DNA of 63,819 nt, the filler included, from Octopus bimaculoides (Eukaryota), in the NCBI RefSeq assembly GCF_001194135.2. It is 11 parts of 11 records of this genome, joined end to end, with 100 filler letters (N's around TTAATTAATTAA, not from the genome) between each part and the next. Parts side by side here need not be neighbours in the genome. Positions count along the whole stretch, not along the records: positions 25,957 to 40,179 come from NC_069000.1; positions 40,280 to 44,075 come from NC_068985.1; positions 44,176 to 50,284 come from NW_026370853.1; positions 50,385 to 53,933 come from NW_026345877.1; 7 more parts are not named here. One strand, given 5' to 3'. The translations under genes were made by a program, and so were the position numbers. This document shows, one piece after another, positions 39,663 to 52,000 of this stretch. The notes under the pieces were generated by a model, which searched no databases, was not told the origin of the DNA, and saw only the letters and a program-made list of their open reading frames with translations. How positions within the stretch are numbered: position 1 is the first letter of the stretch; the number at the start of each line of letters is the position of its first letter.

Positions 39663-41095
39663 TATAGTTTATAATAATTGTAACTTTATACATTTGTTTA
39701 ACATCGGTGTATTTAGTAGCAAATTTTGGGTGAATGAATCCTTGGTTAAAATTTTTTTTTTAATGAATTTAGTGTCTGAATAAAAGGTTTCATTATTTGT
39801 TTATCTTTTTTCGTCATAGTATATAGCCATTTTAAATAGAATATATTTCCTACTCCACCATAAATTCTCAACATAATATATTTCAACATATTATATTTCA
39901 TAAAATGGCCAGCGATTATTTTCGATTGATATACCTTTAGATTATTATTTTTGGAGATCCATAAGAACATTTTATGATCGTTGTACATTTTCTTTACCTA
40001 ATTATATTTTTTGAATTTTGTTTTTGATTTTATTGTATTTATTATATTTTTGAATTATTAACGCTCACGTGTGTAAACAGGTATGTTTTGAATGAGTCGA
40101 TTTTATAATTTAGCAGTCCTTGCATGTTTCTCTATATGTATATATACATATACATATATGTATATATATATATATATATNNNNNNNNNNNNNNNNNNNNN
40201 NNNNNNNNNNNNNNNNNNNNNNNTTAATTAATTAANNNNNNNNNNNNNNNNNNNNNNNNNNNNNNNNNNNNNNNNNNNNATATATATATATATATATATA
40301 TATATAGGGGGGGGAGGTGTGTGTGTGTGTATAATGTTATAATAATAACCGCAAATCTTATTAAATACACCTACCCAAGGTTTCCTGGCCCAAATAATAA
40401 TTCATTTTCATTTTATTTCGCCATTTTTGAAACTGAGAACAAGACTGTCTGTCAGCTGTCTGTTGGGCAGAAGACGTTTGAATAAGGAACGCTGGTAAAG
40501 AAGTCGACAAGAAGAAAAACACAAGGGAGATAACCAACGCTACAATAATTCGCTCTCAACCAGACGTGAACAAGGTTTACTAAGTGCCCGGTGGCTCACT
40601 TTTAAATTCCGACAAGATGTATTTCTTGAAATGCTTCCACAATTACTGTCTTTGAAATTCAGCTATAAGGATTTTGTTGAGTAGAGGCTACAGTAGAAGA
40701 CACTTGCCCAAGGTGCTACACAATGGGACTGAACCCGAAGCTATGTGGTTACAAAGCGAGCTTCTTCACCACACAGCCATACCAGCTCCTTATAGCAGAA
40801 CTAGCAAAGGATCGTACGAGATTCTGTGTAATATTTTTTGCAGCTCTTTGCTTTATGACAACAACGGCCGTGACAACACTGGTAACAAGCTGTGTCGGTC
40901 CAATTTCACGGCTTTTCTCTATCATAAACATCGTTAGCGTGGAGAGGAGAAATTTGTATCAAAGGTCAACTATTAGTCTTTCTCAAAATATTTGGCCCAG
41001 CCTTACACATACATGCACAGGTGGACGGTCAATATTGGCTGGAGAGGCTCCTACATAGGGCTTCAGTCCAGGACATGGATTGTACAGTGTACCCG

Positions 41096-41254
41096 CAGTG
41101 GAATAGCTAGAGCGTATGCCTCCTGTGATAGCTCTTGAGTTTGCTGTCCCTCATCCCTTATAGAAGCTTATATAGGAAACCCAAAATTACCGTCGCCATA
41201 AAAGCGTCGCCCGTGGCGGACCGCCCATATCCTCCTCCACTAGCTACGCTATTG
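41096..41254. mobile_element. hAT-type MITE
   Basis: Imperfect TIR CAGTGGAATAGCTAG / CTAGCTACGCTATTG; 8-bp TSD TGTACCCG / TGTATCCG. Confidence 0.6.
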
Positions 41255-41349
41255 TGTATCCGACCGTTTCCAACAGTGACTATTATCTCCCTTTGAGGAT
41301 TAGGCGGGTAGGACTATTAATCTTAAACTACCTGAAAGAAGCCAATTGA

Positions 41350-41735
41350 TGTCGAATTTACTCAAGTGGCTGCAAAGAGTCCGAAATGGCACAAATGAGA
41401 CCACAGCGAACATCAACAGGATCAGTGACGAAATATGACACAGACGCTGGAACTGGATCGGACACGTCCTCAGACAAGATCAAGAAAGCAATTGTATGGT
41501 AGCACCAAAGTAGCAGCCTGAAGGGAAAAGAGCTGCAGGGCACCCTAAAACCACACAACGAAGGACCATTGACAAGGAAAGGAAACGAGAACGGTAGAGA
41601 AGATGGAATGAGACCGGAACAGTGGCAGAAAAAAAAAGCAGGTTGGAGAGATAATGTTGCAGCCACATGTGCCTTATCCACATGTACCTTAACCACATGT
41701 GCCTCATGGCACGGTGAGAACTAACTAACCTGAAA
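41350..41735 (+). mobile_element. Degenerate RTE LINE 3' end
   Basis: RRWNWIGHVLR...PEGKRAAGHPKTT with stops, (CTAA)n tail and a local triplication of ccacatgt(g/a)cc. Confidence 0.75.
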
Positions 41736-42036
41736 GAAGAATCATATATTTATGCAAAGAGTAAGACGGCGAGCCGGCAGAACCATTAGTGCGTCGGATA
41801 AACTACTCAGTGGCATTTCTTCCGGCTCCTGACGTTTTGAGTTCAATTCCACCGAGATCAACTTCACCTTTCATCCCTTCGAGGTCAATAAAATAAAGTA
41901 CCAGTCTTGTACTTTGATCGATGTAAACGACTAATCCCTTCACCCAAATTCAGGCCTTGTGCCTATATTAGAAAGAAATATTTGCGAGGAGTCACGGAAC
42001 CATTTCAAAAATATATTGATGAATTACAGAAAATAC

Positions 42037-42088
<52 letters not shown>

Positions 42089-43015
42089 NNNNNNNNNNNN
42101 NNNNNNNNNNNNNNNNNNNNNNNNNNNNNNNNNNNNNNNNNNNNNNNNNNNNNNNNNNNNNNNNNNNNNNNNNNNNNNNNNNNNNNNNNNNNNNNNNNNN
42201 NNNNNNNNNNNNNNNNNNNNNNNNNNNNNNNNNNNNNNNNNNNNNNNNNNNNNNNNNNNNNNNNNNNNNNNNNNNNNNNNNNNNNNNNNNNNNNNNNNNN
42301 NNNNNNNNNNNNNNNNNNNNNNNNNNNNNNNNNNNNNNNNNNNNNNNNNNNNNNNNNNNNNNNNNNNNNNNNNNNNNNNNNNNNNNNNNNNNNNNNNNNN
42401 NNNNNNNNNNNNNNNNNNNNNNNNNNNNNNNNNNNNNNNNNNNNNNNNNNNNNNNNNNNNNNNNNNNNNNNNNNNNNNNNNNNNNNNNNNNGTGTGTGTG
42501 TGTGTAAGTTGGACACATTGAAAGTTGATCTCTCATTAGTTATAGGCGCGAGTTCCGAGCAAGATATTGATTTTTTTTTTTTTTTTTCATATTTTCTTTT
42601 TGTCACTCTTTGTAAGTCTTTGTAAGTTAAACTAAGCTGATTTATAACAATTATCTCTAACTTAGACAGCACAAGACCAGCAGTTTTGAGGGGAGGGGCT
42701 AGTCGATATCATCGACCTCCGTACTTGAACGGATACTTTGTTTCATCAACCCTGAAGTAATTAACGCCAAAATTCACATCGAAGGGATTTGATATCAGAA
42801 CACCAGCAACAGTACCAAAAACCGCAAAACAGTTTGTTCGACGCTCTAACGATTCTGTCAATCCATCGCCTTAGATGATTTATAATATCACGTTCAAGGG
42901 TTGCTTAGTAACGATGGCATGTCGGATTAACGTCTAATTTCGTTCGTTTATGTTCAGGGTTTAAATGCCACATATACTAATTTCATTTTTCTTTTCCCTA
43001 CTTCTGAGAATTCAT

Positions 43016-43058
<43 letters not shown>

Positions 43059-43782
43059 TCACACATATACATACACATACACACATACGACAGGCTTCCA
43101 CACAGTTTCCATTGACAAAATTCATTTACAATTCATTGGTCTGTCCAGAGTTATAGTAGATGCTTTACCAAGATACTGCGTCGTGCGACTGAACCCAAAA
43201 CCTCATTGTTGCAAAGCGAACATCTTAATTACACAGTCATGTCTGCTCACATATATACATATGTGTGGGTGCAGAGAATGGACTAGGTAGTCACGCACTA
43301 CACATGTTTCAAAAAACTCACCGAAAGAATATTACGTAACTTTAAGGTGCAGCATAGATGTTGAGTGTTCCTTCTTTTCGGGTACTTTTCTTCCTGTTGC
43401 TTACAGGTTCATTGTCGTAAAGAATTCTTTAAGGCAATTATGTAGTACGTAATTACCTATTCCATTCCCTTCGTCCGCAGACCTATTATCGCATAATTAG
43501 CAACTTTTATTACTATATGCAGTAGTTATATTGTGGCTGTCATCTTATCGCAATTTTTATTTAATTTGAACTGGGACGAAGTGTATTGGATACGTTGATA
43601 AATAAACAATATGGATCGATTATCATATACTTTGTGTTATTTATTCAAGCCTTATCTCTGCTTGAGGCCAACCAAGGTTTTGTTTCGTGGTCATATTGGA
43701 TCTCACTAATTCATTATGTGTGTGTGTGCATATATATATATGAGGTAGTTTTTCTGAAGCATTGTGAGATATGACTTTAAAG

Positions 43783-44048
43783 AATGTAGTTGTGTAAAGC
43801 CAGAATAATGCGAAAAGGTACAAAATATAAAGATAACAGAACAAAGTTCCAGTTTTATCCTGTAATTCTATATTTCAGGGTGAAGAACCCTCCTTCAGGA
43901 CACTCGCTTTTCCAAATAACCTGAAGAAGGGGTCTTCACCCCGAAATATAAAAATACAAGGTAACACTGCAGCTTTATTCTGGTTACATTACATTTTGTA
44001 GTTTATTTTGTACCTTTTCGCACTGTTCCGGCTTTACGCAACTACATT
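43783..44048. repeat. Foldback (palindromic) element with about 120-bp arms and a 20-nt loop
   Basis: Outer 45 bp of the arms differ at 4 positions; inner 31 bp also match closely. Confidence 0.8.
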
Positions 44049-46291
44049 ATTTTATATATATATATATATATATATNNNNNNNNNNNNNNNNNNNNNNNNN
44101 NNNNNNNNNNNNNNNNNNNTTAATTAATTAANNNNNNNNNNNNNNNNNNNNNNNNNNNNNNNNNNNNNNNNNNNNTATATATATATATGTATATATATGT
44201 ATGTGTATATATATGTGCATATATGTACATATAACATAAGCATATATACATATATTTGTATATGTATATGTATTTAAATATATATCTCTTTTTATACCTA
44301 TATATACATATGCATTTTCAAATTCTTCCTTTTACATAAACATATGTGTGTGTGTGTATGAAAGTATGCATATATATATGTATGTTTATTTATTGACAAC
44401 TCTTATTCTGTATAATGTAAATATATATGTGTAAATACACAAACATATCTATATCTAGATATATTTTAAACCTATAACACATTTCTTTTCTCCGTATATC
44501 TAAAGATATTCGTCGGCCATAAATTTTTGAAAATGTACACATAAAATAAAAATTCGAGTAACTTTGTTCAACATTTTGAATAAAAAATTCTTGTTTTAGG
44601 TATTCCTGACCTATTAAACCAATTTCTCTGCCTCCCAACTCATCACCCTTTAAAATGCAAATTTTCATACAATTTGCGAACATACGTTTACAAGCGTGTG
44701 GATAACGCGAGATATATATTTTAGTAATAACTCCAGAAAACTAAAGTTAAAAAAAAATAAACATTTACGGCAAGTTTATTGCTGAATATTCGCTTAATGT
44801 AGAAGAGTTAGTGATATCCGATTTTTTTTTTTCTCTAAACAATTTCAATATAGTCATTTATTTGAAAACATTAAAATTTGTTTCAGTTAAATTGTGCAAA
44901 AAAAACAACTTTTTTTTTTTTTGAGTTTAAGAAAGAACTTAATCAGTGAAGCACCAATATGCTGTTGAGAGATCTATCTATCTATCTATCTATCTANNNN
45001 NNNNNNNNNNNNNNNNNNNNNNNNNNNNNNNNNNNNNNNNNNNNNNNNNNNNNNNNNNNNNNNNNNNNNNNNNNNNNNNNNNNNNNNNNNNNNNNNNNNN
45101 NNNNNNNNNNNNNNNNNNNNNNNNNNNNNNNNNNNNNNNNNNNNNNNNNNNNNNNNNNNNNNNNNNNNNNNNNNNNNNNNNNNNNNNNNNNNNNNNNNNN
45201 NNNNNNNNNNNNNNNNNNNNNNNNNNNNNNNNNNNNNNNNNNNNNNNNNNNNNNNNNNNNNNNNNNNNNNNNNNNNNNNNNNNNNNNNNNNNNNNNNNNN
45301 NNNNNNNNNNNNNNNNNNNNNNNNNNNNNNNNNNNNNNNNNNNNNNNNNNNNNNNNNNNNNNNNNNNNNNNNNNNNNNNNNNNNNNNNNNNNNNNNNNNN
45401 NNNNNNNNNNNNNNNNNNNNNNNNNNNNNNNNNNNNNNNNNNNNNNNNNNNNNNNNNNNNNNNNNNNNNNNNNNNNNNNNNNNNNNNNNNNNNNNNNNNN
45501 NNNNNNNNNNNNNNNNNNNNNNNNNNNNNNNNNNNNNNNNNNNNNNNNNNNNNNNNNNNNNNNNNNNNNNNNNNNNNNNNNNNNNNNNNNNNNNNNNNNN
45601 NNNNNNNNNNNNNNNNNNNNNNNNNNNNNNNNNNNNNNNNNNNNNNNNNNNNNNNNNNNNNNNNNNNNNNNNNNNNNNNNNNNNNNNNNNNNNNNNNNNN
45701 NNNNNNNNNNNNNNNNNNNNNNNNNNNNNNNNNNNNNNNNNNNNNNNNNNNNNNNNNNNNNNNNNNNNNNNNNNNNNNNNNNNNNNNNNNNNNNNNNNNN
45801 NNNNNNNNNNNNNNNNNNNNNNNNNNNNNNNNNNNNNNNNNNNNNNNNNNNNNNNNNNNNNNNNNNNNATATATATATATATATATATACATATATACAC
45901 AGACACACGAATACATTTGTATAATATATTATGAAGACTTTGCTTACAAAGGTTGCCTGTGCTTTCTTTCCAATGATAGTGTCCGTTCAATATATTGTGG
46001 TTGTTAATCTGTTTAGTATCATATTAGTTAACGCTCATACAACTCTATACGACTCTGTTTAAATTTGATGTGAAGAACTTGTGTTTGCCATAAAAGTGTA
46101 AAAAATATGTGAGTGTTTACAATGTGTGTGTATACACACACACGTGCATCTATAAACACAGAAATTTCTATATATATATACGGACATCTTAACATAAATA
46201 CCGTGCTAGATAAATAGATAGATAGACAGGCACACAGACGGGCATTGAAATAGATACGTAAATAGATAAATAGTTAAATAGATAGACAGGC

Positions 46292-46363
<72 letters not shown>

Positions 46364-46576
46364 TGTTAGAAAAACAAAACAGATACATACGTACATGTAT
46401 ATGCTAATAATTATCTAACTACCTATATATATAGTTGTGATATTTAAAGATTTGTATATTTGTGACATATTCATGTATATGTACGCACACACTCACACAT
46501 TCAAACACACAAGCACACACAGACATTATATATTTATATATATATAGAAAGAGAGAGACAGAGACAGAGAGACATT

Positions 46577-46608
<32 letters not shown>

Positions 46609-47467
46609 CATACATAGGTAAATACATATGTATGTGTACACACGCTCATATATNNNNNNNNNNNNNNNNNNNNNNNNNNNNNNNNNNNNNNNNNNNNNNN
46701 NNNNNNNNNNNNNNNNNNNNNNNNNNNNNNNNNNNNNNNNNNNNNNNNNNNNNNNNNNNNNNNNNNNNNNNNNNNNNNNNNNNNNNNNNNNNNNNNNNNN
46801 NNNNNNNNNNNNNNNNNNNNNNNNNNNNNNNNNNNNNNNNNNNNNNNNNNNNNNNNNNNNNNNNNNNNNNNNNNNNNNNNNNNNNNNNNNNNNNNNNNNN
46901 NNNNNNNNNNNNNNNNNNNNNNNNNNNNNNNNNNNNNNNNNNNNNNNNNNNNNNNNNNNNNNNNNNNNNNNNNNNNNNNNNNNNNNNNNNNNNNNNNNNN
47001 NNNNNNNNNNNNNNNNNNNNNNNNNNNNNNNNNNNNNNTATATATATATATACATGATGTGTGCAGATATACACAGACATAAACATATAAACAGTTTTGT
47101 TTTTTGAATTACGTATGAATTTGCACTGCAATGTAAAATCATTCAATATTTCTAAATAGTACGTGGTGTATTTCAATTTTAATGAATTATAGGCGTGTAT
47201 GTGATTGCATGTGAGTAAAATATAGCGCGCGAGAGCGTTACACCAATATTTTATGTACCAGATATTTTTCTCTTATTATACTCTAAATTTCATTATATAT
47301 CATATATATATATATATGTGATGTTCCTTATTTTGTGAACAATATATATATACACATATTTTATATGGATGTATGTAACTTATTTACCGTATGTAAATAA
47401 ACTCGCCTTATATACACACTGACAAAGGTAGATTAGATCTGAAATTGTGATACATTTTTTTACTTAC

Positions 47468-48453
47468 CAACAATTCCCATCCATGGGTAAAAAACAGAGT
47501 TGTGATCTTCGGGTGGACTTCTAGGGGCCGGTATATGTTGCTGAGATAACGGGTTGTGTGAATAAGGGTGGACTGTTGTCGCTGTTGCTGCTGTCATGTC
47601 AGGGTTACTGCGAGAATCCAGTCCATTCTGCAAGTAGGAACAGTAAGCCGCCCTCTCGTTATAAGCATTCGCTGCTGCGAGGAGAGGGTTCCCCTGGAGA
47701 GCATGTCCGTTTTGTAGATAGTGCTTCCCCAGAACGCTGCCAGACAAGACACCCGCAGCGCCGGGTGGAGACATCTGTTGTAAGTGTGGATGCTGTTGAT
47801 GTTGTTGTTGTTGTTGATGATGCTGTTGTTGCTGCTGATGATGATGATGCTGTTGTTGGTGATGTGGTTGTTGATGATGGTGCTGGTGATGCTGCGGGTG
47901 TGATTGTATATGTGATGGTGGTGGATTTTGGTGTATGGGTTGTTGGTGAAGATGTTGTGGACTGGGATGTTGTTGGTGTTGGTGTTGGTGTTGTGGTGGT
48001 TGATGGGGGTGGTGATGCAGGGGACTCAACAGAGAATGAGTCTGATGCGTGTGAGCCTGCTGTTGTTGTTGTTGTTGTTGTTGTAGTTGGTGTTGCTGTA
48101 AATGGTGTTGAACAGGGTTGTGATGGGCAGGCTGCAGTTGTTGATGATGGGATGATAGTGACGACGTTGGTGGCGCTGCTGGCAGGGTTGCTATCACTGC
48201 CGCTGACGCTGACGCTGCTGCTGCTGCTGATGTTGCTGACACTGCTGTTGCTGCTGCTGCTGCTACTGCTGCTACGGCTGCTGGTGGTGACGATGTTGAT
48301 CCACCCGGAACTAAATTCGGGGTCGAAACAGGATTAGTGATAGTATTCGTCAGTGCAGGAACAGGGGCCGTGCTATTATTATTAGTAGTAGTACTACTAT
48401 TACCATTATTATTACTATTACTACTACAGCCACTACTGTTACTGCTGTTACTG

Positions 48454-48499
<46 letters not shown>

Positions 48500-48827
48500 C
48501 GTTACTAGTTATATTATTACTACTATTACTATTATTAATACTAGTACTGTTATTGTTACTGCTGCTGCTGTGGGCCGGGTGCAGCTGCATATGTGCATGT
48601 GCTTGTGCATTTGCCTGTCCGTTTGCATGTGAATTTGAGTTTACATGTGATTGTGAATGCGTATTAACATGGGGCGAATTTACATGTGCCAAATGGTTGT
48701 TCACACTGATGTTGGTGTGGGCCTGAAGGGTTTGTTGCATTAGGGACGGCGATAAATGATGACGGTTTGGTTGTAAGGTTTTCAGCGACCAACTTTCAGG
48801 GTTAGCTGCGTGTAAAGCTGACGCCAT
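47468..48827 (-). CDS. Lox4: Central-class Hox gene exon 1 (Ubx/abd-A-like Lox4; Lox2 not excluded): hexapeptide-bearing N-terminal exon, 453 codons + 1 nt
   Basis: Open frame from ATG 48827 (context aagATGG) to ...EDHNSVFYPWMGIVG, then a consensus donor G|GTAAGT at 47467 (phase 1). FYPWMxxxG followed by an intron is the Ubx/Lox2/Lox4 hexapeptide arrangement. His/Gln/Ser/Ala-rich N-terminus. Lox4 over Lox2 is from memory of the hexapeptide flank; the homeodomain is needed to settle it. Confidence 0.8.
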
Positions 48828-49903
48828 CTTCCTTCTTTCTTCCTTTCTTCCTTCCTTCCTTTTTTTTTTCTTCCTGCCTTTACTTCTCCTTTCTTTTATT
48901 TTTCCTTCTGTCCTCCTTTTTATTGTTTTGGTTTTTTGGGGTTTTTTTTTTTTTTTTNNNNNNNNNNNNNNNNNNNNNNNNNNNNNNNNNNNNNNNNNNN
49001 NNNNNNNNNNNNNNNNNNNNNNNNNNNNNNNNNNNNNNNNNNNNNNNNNNNNNNNNNNNNNNNNNNNNNNNNNNNNNNNNNNNNNNNNNNNNNNNNNNNN
49101 NNNNNNNNNNNNNNNNNNNNNNNNNNNNNNNNNNNNNNNNNNNNNNNNNNNNNNNNNNNNNNNNNNNNNNNNNNNNNNNNNNNNNNNNNNNNNNNNNNNN
49201 NNNNNNNNNNNNNNNNNNNNNNNNNNNNNNNNNNNNNNNNNNNNNNNNNNNNNNNNNNNNNNNNNNNNNNNNNNNNNNNNNNNNNNNNNNNNNNNNNNNN
49301 NNNNNNNNNNNNNNNNNNNNNNNNNNNNNNNNNNNNNNNNNNNNNNNNNNNNNNNNNNNNNNNNNNNNNNNNNNNNNNNNNNNNNNNNNNNNNNNNNNNN
49401 NNNNNNNNNNNNNNNNNNNNNNNNNNNNNNNNNNNNNNNNNNNNNNNNNNNNNNNNNNNNNNNNNNNNNNNNNNNNNNNNNNNNNNNNNNNNNNNNNNNN
49501 NNNNNNNNNNNNNNNNNNNNNNNNNNNNNNNNNNNNNNNNNNNNNNNNNNNNNNNNNNNNNNNNNNNNNNNNNNNNNNNNNNNNNNNNNNNNNNNNNNNN
49601 NNNNNNNNNNNNNNNNNNNNNNNNNNNNNNNNNNNNNNNNNNNNNNNNNNNNNNNNNNNNNNNNNNNNNNNNNNNNNNNNNNNNNNNNNNNNNNNNNNNN
49701 NNNNNNNNNNNNNNNNNNNNNNNNNNNNNNNNNNNNNNNNNNNNNNNNNNNNNNNNNNNNNNNNNNNNNNNNNNNNNNNNNNNNNNNNNNNNNNNNNNNN
49801 NNNNNNNNNNNNNNNNNNNNTGCTGCTGTCCTGGTGGGGGTGGGAGGGGGTGTCTTGCTGTTACTGTTGCTGCCGTTGCTGGCGTGTCCGGCTGCTGCTG
49901 CTG

Positions 49904-49940
<37 letters not shown>

Positions 49941-50384
49941 CACTACATATTGCTACTCCTACTTCTGTTTTCTTATTTGCTGCTGCTGCTACTACTGCTA
50001 CTACTTACAATGGTCCTTCTGCGTCCTTAGCTGCTGCTGATGATAATGATGATAATAAATATGATGACGATGATGATGATGACGGTCGTGGTGGTGATGA
50101 CGACGATGGTGGTGGTGATGACGACGATGGTGATGGTTCTGCTCTTGTTATTGCCGTCATCAATGGCGTTTCTGGTATTTGTTTTCGAAACTAAGGAAAA
50201 ATACTGCTTCCATTCCTGCAAATGCTACTGCCGATGATGATGAAGATGACGCTTGTGGCGGTGGCGGTGGCGGTGGTGGCGTCANNNNNNNNNNNNNNNN
50301 NNNNNNNNNNNNNNNNNNNNNNNNNNNNTTAATTAATTAANNNNNNNNNNNNNNNNNNNNNNNNNNNNNNNNNNNNNNNNNNNN

Positions 50385-50427
<43 letters not shown>

Positions 50428-51186
50428 GAGGTATGTATGTATATATGTTCCAGAGGCTTTAGTTTTAAATTACATATAAACATTAATAAACGGTCTCTCT
50501 CCCTCTAATCCTCTCTCTCACTCTCTGTTTCTGTTTCTCTGCATCTACACATATGAGCACACACACGGACGCATACACACACATATATACATGTAGACAC
50601 ATTTATATATATATATATTTACTTGGAAGAGAGAGAAAGAGAGAGACGGAGAAAAGAAAATAGACAGAGAGAGAGCGTATGTGCGTAAATGATTTCAGGA
50701 AATTTTTCCGAACATTTTATTTCAGATTTGAATATCTTTTGTTTTAGTTCTCTGCTCATTTTTTTTTTACACATTTATTTATTTATTCCTTTATTTATAT
50801 ATTGGATTTTCAAACATTACGTTTTTTGTTTTGTTGTTGGAAAACCAATTAACAATTAATCGATTTTACTGTCATAAATAGGACGCAACTTGTATGCATG
50901 TGTTGTATGCAAATATATTTATGCAGCCATGCACACACACACAAATGCACACACACACAAATGCACACACACACAAATGCACACACACACAAATGCACAC
51001 ACACACAAATGCGCACACGCGTATGTAAGCGTTTAAATAGTTATCCATTTATCCATGTCCNNNNNNNNNNNNNNNNNNNNNNNNNNNNNNNNNNNNNNNN
51101 NNNNNNNNNNNNNNNNNNNNNNNNNNNNNNNNNNNNNNNNNNNNNNNNNNNNNNNNNNNNNNNNNNNNNNNNNNNNNNNNNNNNNN

Positions 51187-51232
<46 letters not shown>

Positions 51233-51328
51233 GTATACAAACATACATATATATATATATTAAATATACATACATATGTAATTATATGTATACATATATT
51301 TGTGTATATATATATACATATATATGTG

Positions 51329-51374
<46 letters not shown>

Positions 51375-51779
51375 TATGAGTATATATACACGTATTGTCG
51401 AATGCATACATATGCATAGATATAGATATACATATATATATATATATATACACACATTATATCTATACATATATAACTACACATGTATATACTTATGCAG
51501 GTAGGTAGGTATGAATGTGTTTGTGTGTGTGTGTATATATATATAGAGAGAGAGAGAGACACACACACAAGCACATTCATACATACCTACCTACATATGT
51601 TTATGTATGTATGTATGTATCTACCTATGCATGTATGTATGCATCTATGTATGTGTTCGTTGCCGTCACCTTCCTTGCATTCAAAGATAGAAATATTTCC
51701 TCTAAACATGAAAATTCAATTTTCTCTTAAATAAATGTAATTTCTTGAAATCATTTTCTCTAATAGTTGCGAACAATTA

Positions 51780-51930
51780 CCACAAGGGTTTTGCTGTCGC
51801 TTTGCAATTAATAGGCAAATTTCATTTCACCGAAATCTTTTCGCCCGCCCTTCAGGTCTCCACCACTCACTTCAGATATTCTCATTCACATTGGTCTCAC
51901 TTGAGTGATCTCCCTTCGCTCCGCTAAACT
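51780..51930 (-). promoter_or_regulatory. Candidate promoter of the Hox gene
   Basis: Unique CpG-containing island with, in minus-strand order, CCAAT (51894-51890), GGGCGGG (51850-51844) and TATTAA (51813-51808), about 3 kb upstream of the ATG. One linker intervenes. Confidence 0.3.
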
Positions 51931-51969
51931 ATATATGTGTGCGTGAATGCGTGCGGTCACGTATGTACA

Positions 51970-52000
<31 letters not shown>

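Noticed and set aside
47558-48726. Two long plus-strand ORFs (259 and 129 aa)
   Set aside because: Antisense shadows of the triplet-repeat-rich Hox exon (poly-Val/Leu/Asp).
48828-49943. Upstream extension of the Hox ORF to 827 aa
   Set aside because: It exists only because the ORF caller reads through 860 N; the flanking purine tract and triplet repeats look like UTR.
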